A stretch of DNA of 60,491 nucleotides, the filler included, from Hausera hauseri (Eukaryota): NCBI GenBank assembly GCA_046269625.1. It is 11 parts of 11 records of this genome, joined end to end, with 100 filler letters (N's around TTAATTAATTAA, not from the genome) between each part and the next. Parts side by side here need not be neighbours in the genome. Positions count along the whole stretch, not along the records: positions 1 to 6,253 come from JBJURY010120207.1; positions 6,354 to 11,337 come from JBJURY010370704.1; 9 more parts are not named here. The stretch is one strand, 5' to 3'. This document shows, piece after piece, positions 1 through 11,437 of the stretch. A program made the translations under genes and the position numbers. Under the pieces are notes generated by a model that had not been told where the DNA came from, searched no databases, and saw only the letters and a list, made by a program, of their open reading frames with translations. The number at the start of each line of letters is the position of its first letter. The stretch's first letter is position 1.

Positions 1-2519
1 GATACTGATTGTTCAGTATCATTGATCAGCTCATTTTCCTGTACGACTATGACATCGTAAGTTTTATTTATCTAATCTGTTGTTAGTTATTTTTGTAGAC
101 CGCAACAATCTGTATGCATTCCGACAAATTTCATTTTCAACAACAATACCGATATAAATACGGCAGTTCTGATTGGCACTGACAACTTTTGTTATTACAA
201 AGATAATTGTTTGTCTATTTCATTTTATTGATGTTTACTTATACGATAAACTCAGATACGTTGCGCAATTTCTATTATAGTGCCACCCCAATGAACATGT
301 TGTCAGTTGGTTATCAGTCACCGATAATCGACATAACAACAAAATATAATCCAAATACGACATTTAATTTTTCGACATATTCTGTTGGAATGGCGTTGTA
401 TACGTTGGTCAACAAATCGACTATTGGAAATTTGCGATTAAGTCGACCCGGATTGGATTCGTCGTGTGTTGATGGGCAGTCAGTTCGTGAGTGATTTTGT
501 TGTTGTGAATTTCAATGTTTTGTGTTTGTAAATAATTTGTGTAGAAGATGAACGTAGAAATTTTGTAACAGATGGGATAAATATTACATACGTCACGAAC
601 TTTGATTATCATAGCTAATAACACATATTTTTGTTTCATTAAACAGTAATCTACCCAGTGACAATCGAATATTCATCTTTCTTTGACTCATCGACTAACC
701 GACGTGAACTTCTGATTATTGTTTCGCTCTCGTCACGTTGAACAATCTGAACAAAATGACACTTTGGTTGCAAAGTAACTTCCTAACTGGGCATTTCAAC
801 GTCTACAGAATGAGATGAAGATTTACACACCGACAGTACTCGAAGTACAACGCCAGACAACAAGTATTCAGTACACCGAATACAATATTTACTGGGCAAA
901 AGTTTGTCGTTGTGATTTCTTTACCGTCATCATTTTTCGGTTTAAAGTCAATCGACAGTGGTTGTCCTCTACTGGCTGGTATACATGTCCATTACCGACA
1001 GTCAGAAATCTAGAAGGTCGAACTGGAAACTGCGGTTCCGAATTATATGATTGTCTATCGTGACCTGTATTTTGTAATGAGACGCTGCTGTTCTGCACTC
1101 TCTGTTTCTTAAATGAAGGATTTTTTTTTCACTTGATTATAATTTCTCTGAATCCTTCATGCTCCTTTCGCGTTACGTTCAGTCATGTAACGCTTTCTCA
1201 ATGATGTAAGCACCTGCATACTTATAATCGAAACCCGTGGCTCCTGTAAACTTTACCATAACCACATCTCCTACATCCAAACGTTCATCTTATCCGTTCT
1301 GGCTGTATCTTCTCGTTTCTTGTATTTTAAACTCGTCTTGTATATCTCTGTAAAGATTAATAAATTCCCGAACTATTCCCTATGTACAACGGAATATCTG
1401 GATCATCCTTTTTGAAAATCTTCAATCTTGTTTCATATTGCTCAAAAAATTTGTTCCAATACTGTTCGTAACGCCATGTTGAATAATGGGACAAATTATG
1501 CCAGATAAATAACAATTTCTAGTATACACGATTTAATCCTTTAACCCCGGAATAGAACTCTTTTCCGACCAACCTGGAACATGATTTATATACTGACACA
1601 AAACACAAGTATCAACGAGTAGTCCGAAGCTCGTATTATACATTTTAAAATCCAATCGATCTGTCAAAAATCCCAACGTTTTGAATCCACACATTTCAAT
1701 TTTTTTCGTATCTGTCAACTGGAATTAGCTACGGAAACAATACTGTTTTCAAATTCCTTCGATCAGTGCGTTAGTTCCGATTCTGTTCCGAATAAACCAG
1801 CTGCATAATCCAACTTCAAATCATACTCGTGTACTACAATCCGATTCAGCTGTAATTTAGAAAAATTTTAACGTCCTGACAGACGCTTTCTTTTCTCAGC
1901 CATGTAGCATTTTCTAACATTTTCCCGTCGGATTCAATACAAACTCCTTTTAATTGATCATTTTTCTCCACCCTACAGATGACTTCATCTAACAGCTTCA
2001 TGACGTTGGAATGCCGGTCATATTTGTGGTTTTTCTTACTTCATTAACACTATAACATTCAGTGACTGACATATTGACGCTTTGTTGACATTTCTAGTTT
2101 TTACTTTTCAATGCTGATTTTTTGGTTTGGAAATTAAAGCAACAAATCGTTTTAGCAAATATTTTAACATTTACTAAATCAGTCAGTGAAAGCCAGCTCT
2201 CCAAGACATCCGTGTGATTGGAGTATAAGAATCACCGTAACAACAGGAGTAAAGATTCAGACCTTCAGAATTTCACGCTGTTTCAAAACCGTCCCGCTGA
2301 TAGCGGTCGTGTTAGGGTCTGGAAAAATGGTTTATTCACAACAGAAAATAGAATATTGCGTCTTTATGTATCAGCAGCATCACCAACTGCTGAACTTTTG
2401 TTGCTAACTGAAAGTGTATGCTCAAGTGTCGTTTTCTATGGCTGATGGCAAAGCTTTTTCGCTTTCGTCCTCTAGCAGCTCGCACAGTTGTTGCAGTTGT
2501 ATACAAGGAAACGGATTTT

Positions 2520-2950
2520 ACGGCCAATTAGAAATTGTACTACTTTCAATGCTAGCTGATGACAGATCATAAATTAGAACTTTCTGTAAGAAGAATAAAG
2601 AAGGCCAGGCAAACGAAATCTGCGAGGATCGGGAAATTTACACTACCATATTTGAATTTAGATGCAGAGGATTATCACAGCCTTCTGAATTGGCAAGAAT
2701 TTCCTATAACCGAACCACCAATGTTTATGGCACAATCTAGCGATGGACTTCAAAATGCTATTAAGCCTCGACAAACTTGAACTTTAGATGTGTTCCAGTG
2801 TCACTGCTAGGCTGTTGAAAGACAAGAATTGTTTCACATGCAGCATCATCAGTTTGTGGCGAATTACGGAGATGTATACATTATGGCGAAACTCTTGTCT
2901 AGAACAAATATTTACCACTTTAGCTCAAAGAAAGGCCGGAAATATAATTA
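2520..2950 (+). pseudogene. Degraded C-terminal fragment of a DNA transposase (uncharacterised hAT-like family)
   Basis: Frameshifted translation includes LNLDAEDYHSLLNW..ITEPP and FQCHC*AVER..SSVCG, resembling the 'PCHxQxVER..VCG' C-terminus of a widespread invertebrate transposase family. Boundaries are approximate. Confidence 0.45.
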
Positions 2951-3914
2951 AGCTAGACTATTCTAATTAACAGCATAAGCATGTATCACAAAATATACCT
3001 TGTTGCAAAGTACGTAATAAACATATATTAATATCCGTTTGTGAAATATATGAATATTCTTCATTAATTAATACATGTAAGTTCTGATGTATGGTGGCAA
3101 GTGAAAACATGGTCTTTGAATGTTTAATTTTTGATTTCATAACGACCTGCACATCAGAACAACATTCTGCAACTATTATCAAGTGATACAATAAAAATAA
3201 TTTATACATAACCCACCCTATTCTATATATCGAAATGCCTTCGTGTTTTTGCTTATGTTAAACCCCCTGACGGATGTCTCCACCATTCCTGTAAAATGTA
3301 GATTATTGTTATTCAAGGAGGCAAAGTAATCAATTCATCAAATTTTCACCCGAGAATATTAGAATTATTGTCTCTTCATCTCTCAGATTTCCATTCATTT
3401 TATCCCATTTTATTTGGAACAAACATCAATAAAGCGTATCATAGAAATGCACAGGCGCCAATTTTGTATGAAGTATAGCACAAAAATCAAATAACCTATT
3501 CAAAATCGAATATATTTCTCTCGATTAATTAATAAATCAACACTGCATTAATTAAGTAAAAGTACAAGTCACAGAAGGATGGCCAAGATTTTAAAAATCA
3601 GAATTACCATACGGCCGGTGCCATTAACTAAAGCAACGGGGTCACCCGAATTCTGGAGAAGAAGCCCCAACTGCCGTCTAAAACTGTCGAAATCATCAAC
3701 TGTGTCAATCATACGCCGAATCACTCGCCGAATTTCTAAAAGACCAATGCCTTTCTAGAAACTGGATTTTTTCTTTGCAAAAGCAGATTTAAAAAATCAA
3801 ATATAAAAAAGAAAATATACACAATCTCGAGATATAAAAAAATTGCATAATATAGAAATACATGTGCCGCCGAGTCAATGCTTTTATATAAAGAATAAAC
3901 TTTAATCAATTTTA

Positions 3915-4870
3915 AATTTTCCAATTTGTTCAATAACTTTTTGTCAACTGTCTGGCAACTTCATGATTCCACGTTCATAAAACTTCTGATCCTTATCAAC
4001 AAAAGATTGAACCAAATGCGAATTTAGGTCATCATCATTAGTGTATATTTTACCATTCCATAAGTTTTACAAACTTCGAAATGAATGATAATCAGATGGC
4101 GCTGGATCAGGACACTATGGGGATGTAACATCGTTTCCCAATCTAGCTCCAATAATTTTACATGAGTTGTAAAGATGTATGAGGCCTCGCATTGTCTTGG
4201 TGGAACATGATTCCTTTGTGACTTGCCAAGTCTGGGCATTTCTCTTTGATTGCTTGCTCCAATTTCATTAATTGTTGACAATAAACATCTGAGTTTATCG
4301 TCTTGCTCTTTGGAAGTAGATCACAATACACAATACATTTGTAATTCCACCAAACTGACAGCATGATCTTTTTTGATACAATTCAGCTTTCAATGTGTTT
4401 TGTGCTGATTCATCACACTAGATCACGATCCGTTTTTCATCGACAGTGATGATTCACTTCAAAAAAGATCGCTACGTCAAATGGATCTCTTTGAAATTAT
4501 GCGGAATCCAAATGTCGAGCTTCTTAATAAATTCAATACATTTTAACTGATTTTCAATAGTTGTATGTGATACATATAACCTTTCTGCAATCTCTCGAAA
4601 AATTATTCAACGGTCTCTTTTAATCATAGCTCTGATTTGATCATCATCAACTTCAGTAGGTGGACCAGAACGTTGAACAACCTTGAGTGAGAAATCTCCA
4701 GACTGAAATATTTTATACCAATTTTGACACGGGCGTTTTGTTATACAATTAACACCATAAACGTCACATAGTCCATGTTTAAGTTGACGTTACACACAAT
4801 TTGTTTCTAACGTAAATTGCATTCTTTGAATAAATTGCATCATTTTGTTTTCTGTTCACATTTTAACTAC
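3915..4870 (-). mobile_element. Degenerate mariner transposase (mellifera-like)
   Basis: Motifs MLSVWWNYKCIVYCDLLP..TINSDVYCQQL, FHQDNARPH and GIMKLP..QKVIEQ, with multiple frameshifts. TIRs not identified. Confidence 0.85.
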
Positions 4871-5772
4871 TTCGTCTTTAGTACACTGTGAATGTTCCAC
4901 ATAACTTAAACCTACTCGATCAATAATCAGTCTCTAAGTGAGTCATTCATTAAATGTACACCGGCGACCGAATAGTTTTTGGTTTGAAGAACACCAATAG
5001 CACACAAGATGCAACATAGGGGAAGTAAACAAATTTTAGAATTGTGAAATACGTATCAAAAGTTTTACGTATGATGTTTATGCGGAAAGCAAAATGTGTA
5101 AGTGTTATATCTTTTTGGGTGATACTAAACAAGTACGTAAAAAATGTGGGGCATCTTTGTAATCCAATCTGTAATTGAGACAGTCAATGATGATACTGAT
5201 AACGGAGGAGGAAAACAATATGCCTTCAAGGTCACGATCAGTCATCTTGATGTACATCTTACATTGACTGGCTTGGCGAAGACATCTTATCCATGACTTA
5301 AAGTGGGTAATCGGTTCTCAGACTGTCTTATATTGTAAACATCTTTCTTGCGACTGCAATGTACCATTCATACTGTATGGTCGCAAAAATTTTACATACC
5401 GCTACTTCCTACATAAATGATTCCCACATAAAATTACGGTACAATAATTACCATTGTCAAGGTCAACAAATGTACATGACTAATGTCAGTCATGTGACTC
5501 ATTTTTATTCATTTGATATTGAAACAATTGTTGTCATATTAATTAAATTATTTTTATGAAATATTGTCGACTACAACTATAAATTTGTATCTGTTGTCAA
5601 TAACATCAATGAATTATACAAAGAGCATTGAATGAAAACATGATAAGGGACCATATAAATGGTGAAAATAAGTCAAAGCAACTGAAATATTGTCAAGTAA
5701 TTCATTATGAACAATCACTCATACAGTATGGTTACATAACAAACATTGTCATCATTCGAATGCCTTAACCAA

Positions 5773-6253
5773 TTAATTTAATCTGGGTACTTGGTAATAC
5801 CCCATATCATTTCTGTGGAATATCTGACATTCACCACTCGTTGCCTTAGCCATTTCAGCATCAAATGGCGTCATGGGGAACAGTCCCGATCCGAATAATT
5901 TTGCATAGGCTTCAGTCGAATAAACAAAATTGGATGCAGCAAATCTAACAATTAAATAACATTAATTAGGATATCTCATGTTAATAGGCACCCCCCACAT
6001 AATTTTATTATCACCTTTTGTGTAGTGGTGATTATTTTACGGTGGAATACATACGGTTTGTACCGCACCAGCATATTTTTTACCATAAAAAAAACAAAAT
6101 CCAACTCAACTCACTGTTTTCTCGTTTTCTCCAACTTTTCTATTTCTCGTCGCTCTTTTTTCTGTTTCATCCGTCGATTTTGAAACCAGATTTTAACCTG
6201 GCGCTCGGTAAGTAGCAACTGCTTCGACAATTCGGCCCTTCGTCCTCTGGCCA
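5773..6253 (-). CDS. Hox-class (ANTP/HOXL) homeobox gene, last two exons (5'-truncated by contig end)
   Basis: Exon 6253-6115 translates [40 protein letters not shown] (homeodomain helices 2-3). A GTGAGT donor at 6114 and a TAG acceptor at 5945 define a 170-nt phase-2 intron that joins in frame to exon 5944-5773, ending in TAA. Confidence 0.9.
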
Positions 6254-6353
6254 NNNNNNNNNNNNNNNNNNNNNNNNNNNNNNNNNNNNNNNNNNNNTTA
6301 ATTAATTAANNNNNNNNNNNNNNNNNNNNNNNNNNNNNNNNNNNNNNNNNNNN
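6254..6353. other. Artificial contig-joining spacer; also at 11338-11437, 16109-16208, 20665-20764, 26640-26739, 31145-31244, 36694-36793, 41425-41524, 45839-45938, 52659-52758
   Basis: Identical N44-TTAATTAATTAA-N44 linker with stops in all six frames, present ten times. Confidence 0.98.
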
Positions 6354-6625
6354 TTTTCATCTAATAATTTTATTTGTGGGTCAGTACTCTGGATTACATT
6401 GCTTAAATCTGTTTGTTTAGACAGGTTTTGTTTCGGCATAATTATCTCAACTGGTGGTTGTATATCTGCTCGAATGGTTTCATAAGGATAATAGTACATA
6501 AGTATTATGTATCTGTATGTCCGTCCGTAATTTAATTCGCAACATTTCTTGTAGATTCCATAATCAAATTCACAATCTTTTATTTTCTCGCTATTTTGAT
6601 CGGTAAATTTTATTCGAATTCTCAT
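6354..6625 (-). CDS. Cys-containing accessory ORF downstream of Gypsy pol (partial)
   Basis: Starts 4 nt after the pol stop (MRIRIKF..DCEFDYGIYKKCCELNY) and runs off the contig. May be a frameshifted continuation of the post-integrase extension. Confidence 0.4.
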
Positions 6626-6628
6626 ATA

Positions 6629-9600
6629 TTATCTAGTAGCCTTATTAGTCTTGAACCAGATACATGGTTTCTTCCAGTCTGCGTCGTAAGCTTTCATTGT
6701 TTTAAGGTTTTCTACGTCTTTTCTTCCTTCCATAAGTCGTTGATCTTCCTTGATTTTTGCTTCTCCTGCATTCTTTTTGATTCCGTATACATCTGCTAAA
6801 CTAGATTCATCGTGCCACCATTGAGTCTTAGTCTTTGGAATATAAGAGGCGATTAATGATAATGCTAAAATTATCTGTACATTGGATACTGGTCTATTAA
6901 CTATAGCAGAGGTTTTTATTTTCTTATTTTGACTCGGGTTTAAATTCTGATCCTTAGATCGTAAATTATAATGCTTATTTGGTTTTATTTCTGTTTTGAC
7001 AACTCTCTGTATGGATACTACTTCTTCTTTTCCGCTTTTATTGATATATACGGTAGTTGGTGTAGTTCGGACAACCTCGTAGGGTCCTCTTCCAGTGCGA
7101 GTAAGTTTCAGGGACGTACCTTTCTTTGCTACTGGGTAGTGTACGTAAACCCAATCTCCTTTTTCTAAATCATGAGGTTTGGCTTTCTTATCATATTGTT
7201 TCTTGAACTGTTCTTGATATTCGAGGGTTAGTGTTTTCGCTATATCCCAGCACTTTTGTAATCTTGTTTGTAAAACTTCCGCGAAGTTAGGTTCTAAATC
7301 TTCCGGGTTTGCCTGATACGGAGTCATTCCTATGTCCGTAGGTAATATTGCTTCGCGTCCGTACATCATAAAGAATGGCGTAAATCCTGTGGCTGGGTGT
7401 GGGGTTGTATTGATAGCAAATTGCGTTCCTTCTAGGAATTCATCCCAATCCTTTTGATCCTTTGCGACCACTGTCGATAAGACTCGTATAACGGTTGCGT
7501 TCATACGTTCGACCATTCCGTTACATTGAGGGTGATATGCGGTCGTAGTTAATCGTTCGATTTCGAAAATTTTAGTAATCTTATCAAATAACTCGCTCGT
7601 AAAGTTTCTTCCTCGGTCAGTCAAGATTTGATCGGGAGGTCCATATCTGCAAATGATTTTTCTTACTACTGCATCTGCTAGAGTTTCTGCTTTCTGATCA
7701 ACTAGTGCTACTAATTCAACGAAATGTGTTAATCGATCTACACACGTCAAGATATATTTGTTGTTTTTATGGGTTGTAGGTAGTGGTCCTACTATATCCA
7801 TGGACATAGCCTGCATAGGCCTATCTGGCACGTTGATTGGTTTTAATTCGGCTATATAATTTTTCACTTTCTTTTGTTTCGTTGCACAAACTTCACATGC
7901 ATCTATCCAGTTTTTCACGCCGATATAGATACTAGGCCAATAATATTTATTCAATATTCTCTCCAATGTCTTTTTCCATGACATGTGTCCAGCTAAGTAA
8001 GAATCGTGTTCAGCCATTAATACTTCTGTTCGTAATCCTTTCGGAATGACTACAAGTTTCCGTCCTTTTCGTTCGTAATACAAAATATTATCTTGGTCTG
8101 ATGCATAGTATTTGTGTCCGTGCCTTTGTAGATGTTTCTTCAGCTGGCGTCCTTTTGGCTTTTCGTCTTGTTCGGCAAATTTGACTATCTGTTGAATAAC
8201 TTTATCTTTGGCTTGTTCTGAAGATATTTTGATCGTTTTATTCAGTGTCAAGGTACGCTGTCGTTCCACCAATTCTTCAAGTTGAGCTTTCTTCATTGTC
8301 GTAATAGTGCTTGTTTTTGTCTTAAGCCTTGATAAAGCATCTGCGTCAATATGCTTACTTCCGGGCTTATATTGAAATTCGATGTTGTACCGTGATATTT
8401 CTTCGATCCAACGGTTTAGTCTACACGTTGGGTTATTAGCTCGTCCTTTCAACGTTGTGACAGCCTTGTGATCGGTTACTATAATAATTTTCTGTCCGTA
8501 GACGTATACGTTGAAGTGTCTTAAGGCTTCTTTCACAGCTAATGTTTCTAGTTCGGTAACTGAATAGTTTTTCTCTGCTTTCTTAAGTGATCGTCCCCCG
8601 TATGCAATTGGATGTTCTAATTCTTCATCTTCTCGTTTTTGGGCCAATTCGTAGCCGATTCCTTCTTTGCTTGCGTCTGTTTTAATTATAAATGGTAAGT
8701 TGAAATCGGGATATCTTAATACTGGCTCGCTTGTTAAAATTTTCTTCATTTCATCGAATGCCTTTTGTTCCACATCGGTCCATTTCCATTTAATTCCCTT
8801 TTTTAATAATCGGTATAATGGCGCATTAATTTTCGAATTGTCCGGTACATAGGTGGCGTAATATCCGCATAATCCTAGCCAGTGTCTCAGTTCTTTCTGA
8901 TTTTGAGGCTCCATACAGTCCGATATTTTATTTAATAGAGATTTATCTGGTTTCGATCCTCCTTCTCCGACTATATGTCCGAGGTAAGATACGGCATTTT
9001 GTGCCCATTTACATTTCTTAGGATTTAATTTCAACCCCGCTTGCTCTAGTCGCATAAGAGTGTCTTCAATATCTTTTACATGTTCCTCTTCAGTTTTCGA
9101 CGCTATCATTACGTCATCTAAATACGCGAATGCGTGATCAAGTCCCATTAACATTTTATTCATCATCCTGGTAAATATAGCTGGGCCGGTTGTTATGCCA
9201 AATGGCATGACATTAAATTCATAGACTCCATCATGTGTTTTAAACGCTGTTTTATAACGATCATCTTCTTCGATTTCTACCTGCCAATAACCGGATTGTA
9301 AGTCCAGTGTGGTAAACCATCTTGCTCCTGACAGTCTATCTAATGCTTCCTTCACAGATGGTAGTGGAAATGAATCTTTCATCATCAGAGTATTTAGGGC
9401 TCTATAATCTATGCAAAATCGGTGTTTGGTAGTATCTTTCTTTTTAACCATCAATATGGGTGAATACCATGACCGGTAACTTGGCCGTATTATGTCGGCC
9501 TTCAGCATACGTTCTACTTCGGCAGTAATCTCCGGTCTTAATGAATGAGGTGGCGGGTACCATTTAGGCATTTTCTGTTCCTCTAAATCAATTTCCTCAT

Positions 9601-9907
9601 TGGAGCCAGGTTTCTTTTTTAGCGGTATTGTTAATCTCAGAGCCTTTGCTCGGCCTATGTCTTCTTCATTTTGGGCAATAATCGACTTGTATTTGCACAA
9701 AAGTTCGTAAAATTGACAATATACTTCTGGCGAAAATTTAGTTTCAACGTGAGGTGGAAATTCAGCATATTTGTATGGTTTCTCTTCGATCGTTATTGCT
9801 GATACTTTATAAGTGTGGCCCAATGTGGTATTGGCGTACAACTTTATGGGGGTCGGCGCATTATTTACCAACCTAATAGGGACTCGTCCTGTTGTTACTC
9901 TTGTCAA
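6629..9907 (-). CDS. pol: Ty3/Gypsy Pol (RT-RNaseH-integrase-GPY/F) with C-terminal hydrophobic extension; family A copy 1
   Basis: RT: RFCIDYRALN, LDLQSGYWQ, YLDD. RNaseH: TDAS..ELE..TDH. Integrase: HHCC (H..H..CEVC), DDE (SMDIVG, LTDRG, MVERMN), GPY. Uninterrupted 1092-aa ORF. Confidence 0.97.
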   Translation of the reverse strand: MTRVTTGRVPIRLVNNAPTPIKLYANTTLGHTYKVSAITIEEKPYKYAEFPPHVETKFSPEVYCQFYELLCKYKSIIAQNEEDIGRAKALRLTIPLKKKPGSNEEIDLEEQKMPKWYPPPHSLRPEITAEVERMLKADIIRPSYRSWYSPILMVKKKDTTKHRFCIDYRALNTLMMKDSFPLPSVKEALDRLSGARWFTTLDLQSGYWQVEIEEDDRYKTAFKTHDGVYEFNVMPFGITTGPAIFTRMMNKMLMGLDHAFAYLDDVMIASKTEEEHVKDIEDTLMRLEQAGLKLNPKKCKWAQNAVSYLGHIVGEGGSKPDKSLLNKISDCMEPQNQKELRHWLGLCGYYATYVPDNSKINAPLYRLLKKGIKWKWTDVEQKAFDEMKKILTSEPVLRYPDFNLPFIIKTDASKEGIGYELAQKREDEELEHPIAYGGRSLKKAEKNYSVTELETLAVKEALRHFNVYVYGQKIIIVTDHKAVTTLKGRANNPTCRLNRWIEEISRYNIEFQYKPGSKHIDADALSRLKTKTSTITTMKKAQLEELVERQRTLTLNKTIKISSEQAKDKVIQQIVKFAEQDEKPKGRQLKKHLQRHGHKYYASDQDNILYYERKGRKLVVIPKGLRTEVLMAEHDSYLAGHMSWKKTLERILNKYYWPSIYIGVKNWIDACEVCATKQKKVKNYIAELKPINVPDRPMQAMSMDIVGPLPTTHKNNKYILTCVDRLTHFVELVALVDQKAETLADAVVRKIICRYGPPDQILTDRGRNFTSELFDKITKIFEIERLTTTAYHPQCNGMVERMNATVIRVLSTVVAKDQKDWDEFLEGTQFAINTTPHPATGFTPFFMMYGREAILPTDIGMTPYQANPEDLEPNFAEVLQTRLQKCWDIAKTLTLEYQEQFKKQYDKKAKPHDLEKGDWVYVHYPVAKKGTSLKLTRTGRGPYEVVRTTPTTVYINKSGKEEVVSIQRVVKTEIKPNKHYNLRSKDQNLNPSQNKKIKTSAIVNRPVSNVQIILALSLIASYIPKTKTQWWHDESSLADVYGIKKNAGEAKIKEDQRLMEGRKDVENLKTMKAYDADWKKPCIWFKTNKATR

Positions 9908-11337
9908 AATATTACTGAGGATAATATTTGGATTAATGTCTTCTTGTGGCTCAAAAATACCGGTTGTTCGTCCTCTTCTAGAATTTGAGCGTAAATTAAC
10001 ATTTCAGTTCGCGGAGGTATGTTTTCGTCAACGGGAATCCATACTTCTCCTAATTTCCTTTCTTTCATTGTTTTAACTCCTTTTGCTGGTCCAAGTTCAA
10101 TCAATTTTCCAGTCTGTAAATTTATTGCAATGCTGGGTAGCTGTTTCAATATATCACAGCCTAATACTACATAATCGGTTAGCTGATCCATTATAGCAAA
10201 CTCGTGCTTAAGGGTTTGATCCATTAGATGAACTATGGGACTCCATTTAAATTTTGGCTTGGATTCTTGTCCGAAAGCTCCTATACTACTTGGATCTGAT
10301 GAGGATGCTGGTTGCAACTGTTTTCGTAATGTCGGCGGTATTGATTCTAGCTTGATAAATGATTTTTCCGAGCCTGTGTCCACTAAGGCATAAACTTCCC
10401 AGTCCTCAATGGTAACTTTTGTAAAGGGTCTTCCTTCCACAACTGTCCCGTAACAATTTGATACAGCTTTGGGGCGTCTAATCGTAGAAATCTTATGTCC
10501 GTTTATCGTTATTTCTGGTGATGAGACAATATTTTCGGTTAATTGCTTCAGTTCCTCGTTTGGGTATAAGTCGTTACTTACTATGGCGTTTTCATTGTTC
10601 CTGATTAATGGTTCTTGAATTCTTGAGTTTGGAAACGATCTCACTTGAGTTTCCCAGATCGTCGATTTGGATTTTATATTGCGAGGTATTCTTGATGAAT
10701 ATATTATTCCATGATCATCTTCTGCTCGTCGTTGGTTAGTAATTTGCATTTTCTTTAATACTCCATATTGTTTTGTTCCTTCATAAGGGTCTTCGAAACG
10801 GAAGGGTTCTTGGCAGAAGGCTGATCTATAAGACATAGTAGAAAATTTGTCACAATCTTCGTATATTGGGGCCGTCGGTGGCATGATAGGTATTGGTGCT
10901 GAGTACATTTTGTATCTATTTTGTAAAGGAAGCGCTTCTCCTCCCTCAGGCTCGTCATCATCTGAGCCATTTCTTCTAATTATCGTTTTCTTAGTTTTAC
11001 GTTTTGATAGAAAGAAAGGTCTTGACCGGCGTTTGTAATTGTGGTAGCCAACATGTCGTTCTACATCATTTTTCCATCGGTTTTCTTCGTAGGCCTTAAG
11101 CATTTTACCGAAGGGTGTGATAATTGCAGTTAAAATTTTGCAAGAAAATCCTGTTAGCGTAAATATTTCGTATCCATTTATAATCGCCTGAATTACGGCC
11201 TTTACTAATTGCACCATAAAATAGATTGCTAAGAATCCCGATGCGGCTTGTCCGAAAATTAAAAATCTTCCCCAAATTTTGTAGAGTATTTCCGTAGTTA
11301 CTCGTTGATAGTGATTTACTCCTAACAATGATTCCCA
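9904..11337 (-). CDS. Chuvirus-like glycoprotein C-terminus (TM) fused in frame to linker and retropepsin protease (5'-truncated)
   Basis: WGRFLIFGQAASGFLAIYFMVQLVKAVIQAIINGYEIF aligns with the C-terminus of the glycoprotein at 25145-25417. The same ORF contains the aspartic protease motif ALVDTGSEKSFI..VVLGCDIL. A 1-nt shift in a T-run near 9955 separates it from RT. Confidence 0.85.
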   Translation of the reverse strand, partial: WESLLGVNHYQRVTTEILYKIWGRFLIFGQAASGFLAIYFMVQLVKAVIQAIINGYEIFTLTGFSCKILTAIITPFGKMLKAYEENRWKNDVERHVGYHNYKRRSRPFFLSKRKTKKTIIRRNGSDDDEPEGGEALPLQNRYKMYSAPIPIMPPTAPIYEDCDKFSTMSYRSAFCQEPFRFEDPYEGTKQYGVLKKMQITNQRRAEDDHGIIYSSRIPRNIKSKSTIWETQVRSFPNSRIQEPLIRNNENAIVSNDLYPNEELKQLTENIVSSPEITINGHKISTIRRPKAVSNCYGTVVEGRPFTKVTIEDWEVYALVDTGSEKSFIKLESIPPTLRKQLQPASSSDPSSIGAFGQESKPKFKWSPIVHLMDQTLKHEFAIMDQLTDYVVLGCDILKQLPSIAINLQTGKLIELGPAKGVKTMKERKLGEVWIPVDENIPPRTEMLIYAQILEEDEQPVFLSHKKTLIQILSSVIF

Positions 11338-11437
11338 NNNNNNNNNNNNNNNNNNNNNNNNNNNNNNNNNNNNNNNNNNNNTTAATTAATTAANNNNNNN
11401 NNNNNNNNNNNNNNNNNNNNNNNNNNNNNNNNNNNNN

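Noticed and set aside
1-1950. Coding-like degenerate sequence on the minus strand (e.g. LDVGDVVMVKF)
   Set aside because: Possibly an old retroelement remnant, but no diagnostic motif could be confirmed.
6254-6353. Recurrent TTAATTAATTAA palindromes in N runs, and ORFs running into them
   Set aside because: Artificial linkers; gene order across them, such as homeobox next to Gypsy or G next to the PolB RING ORF, is not biological.
9900-9965. Programmed frameshift between protease and RT
   Set aside because: Family B has PR and RT in one ORF and the shift lies in a homopolymer, so a mutation or sequencing error is more likely.
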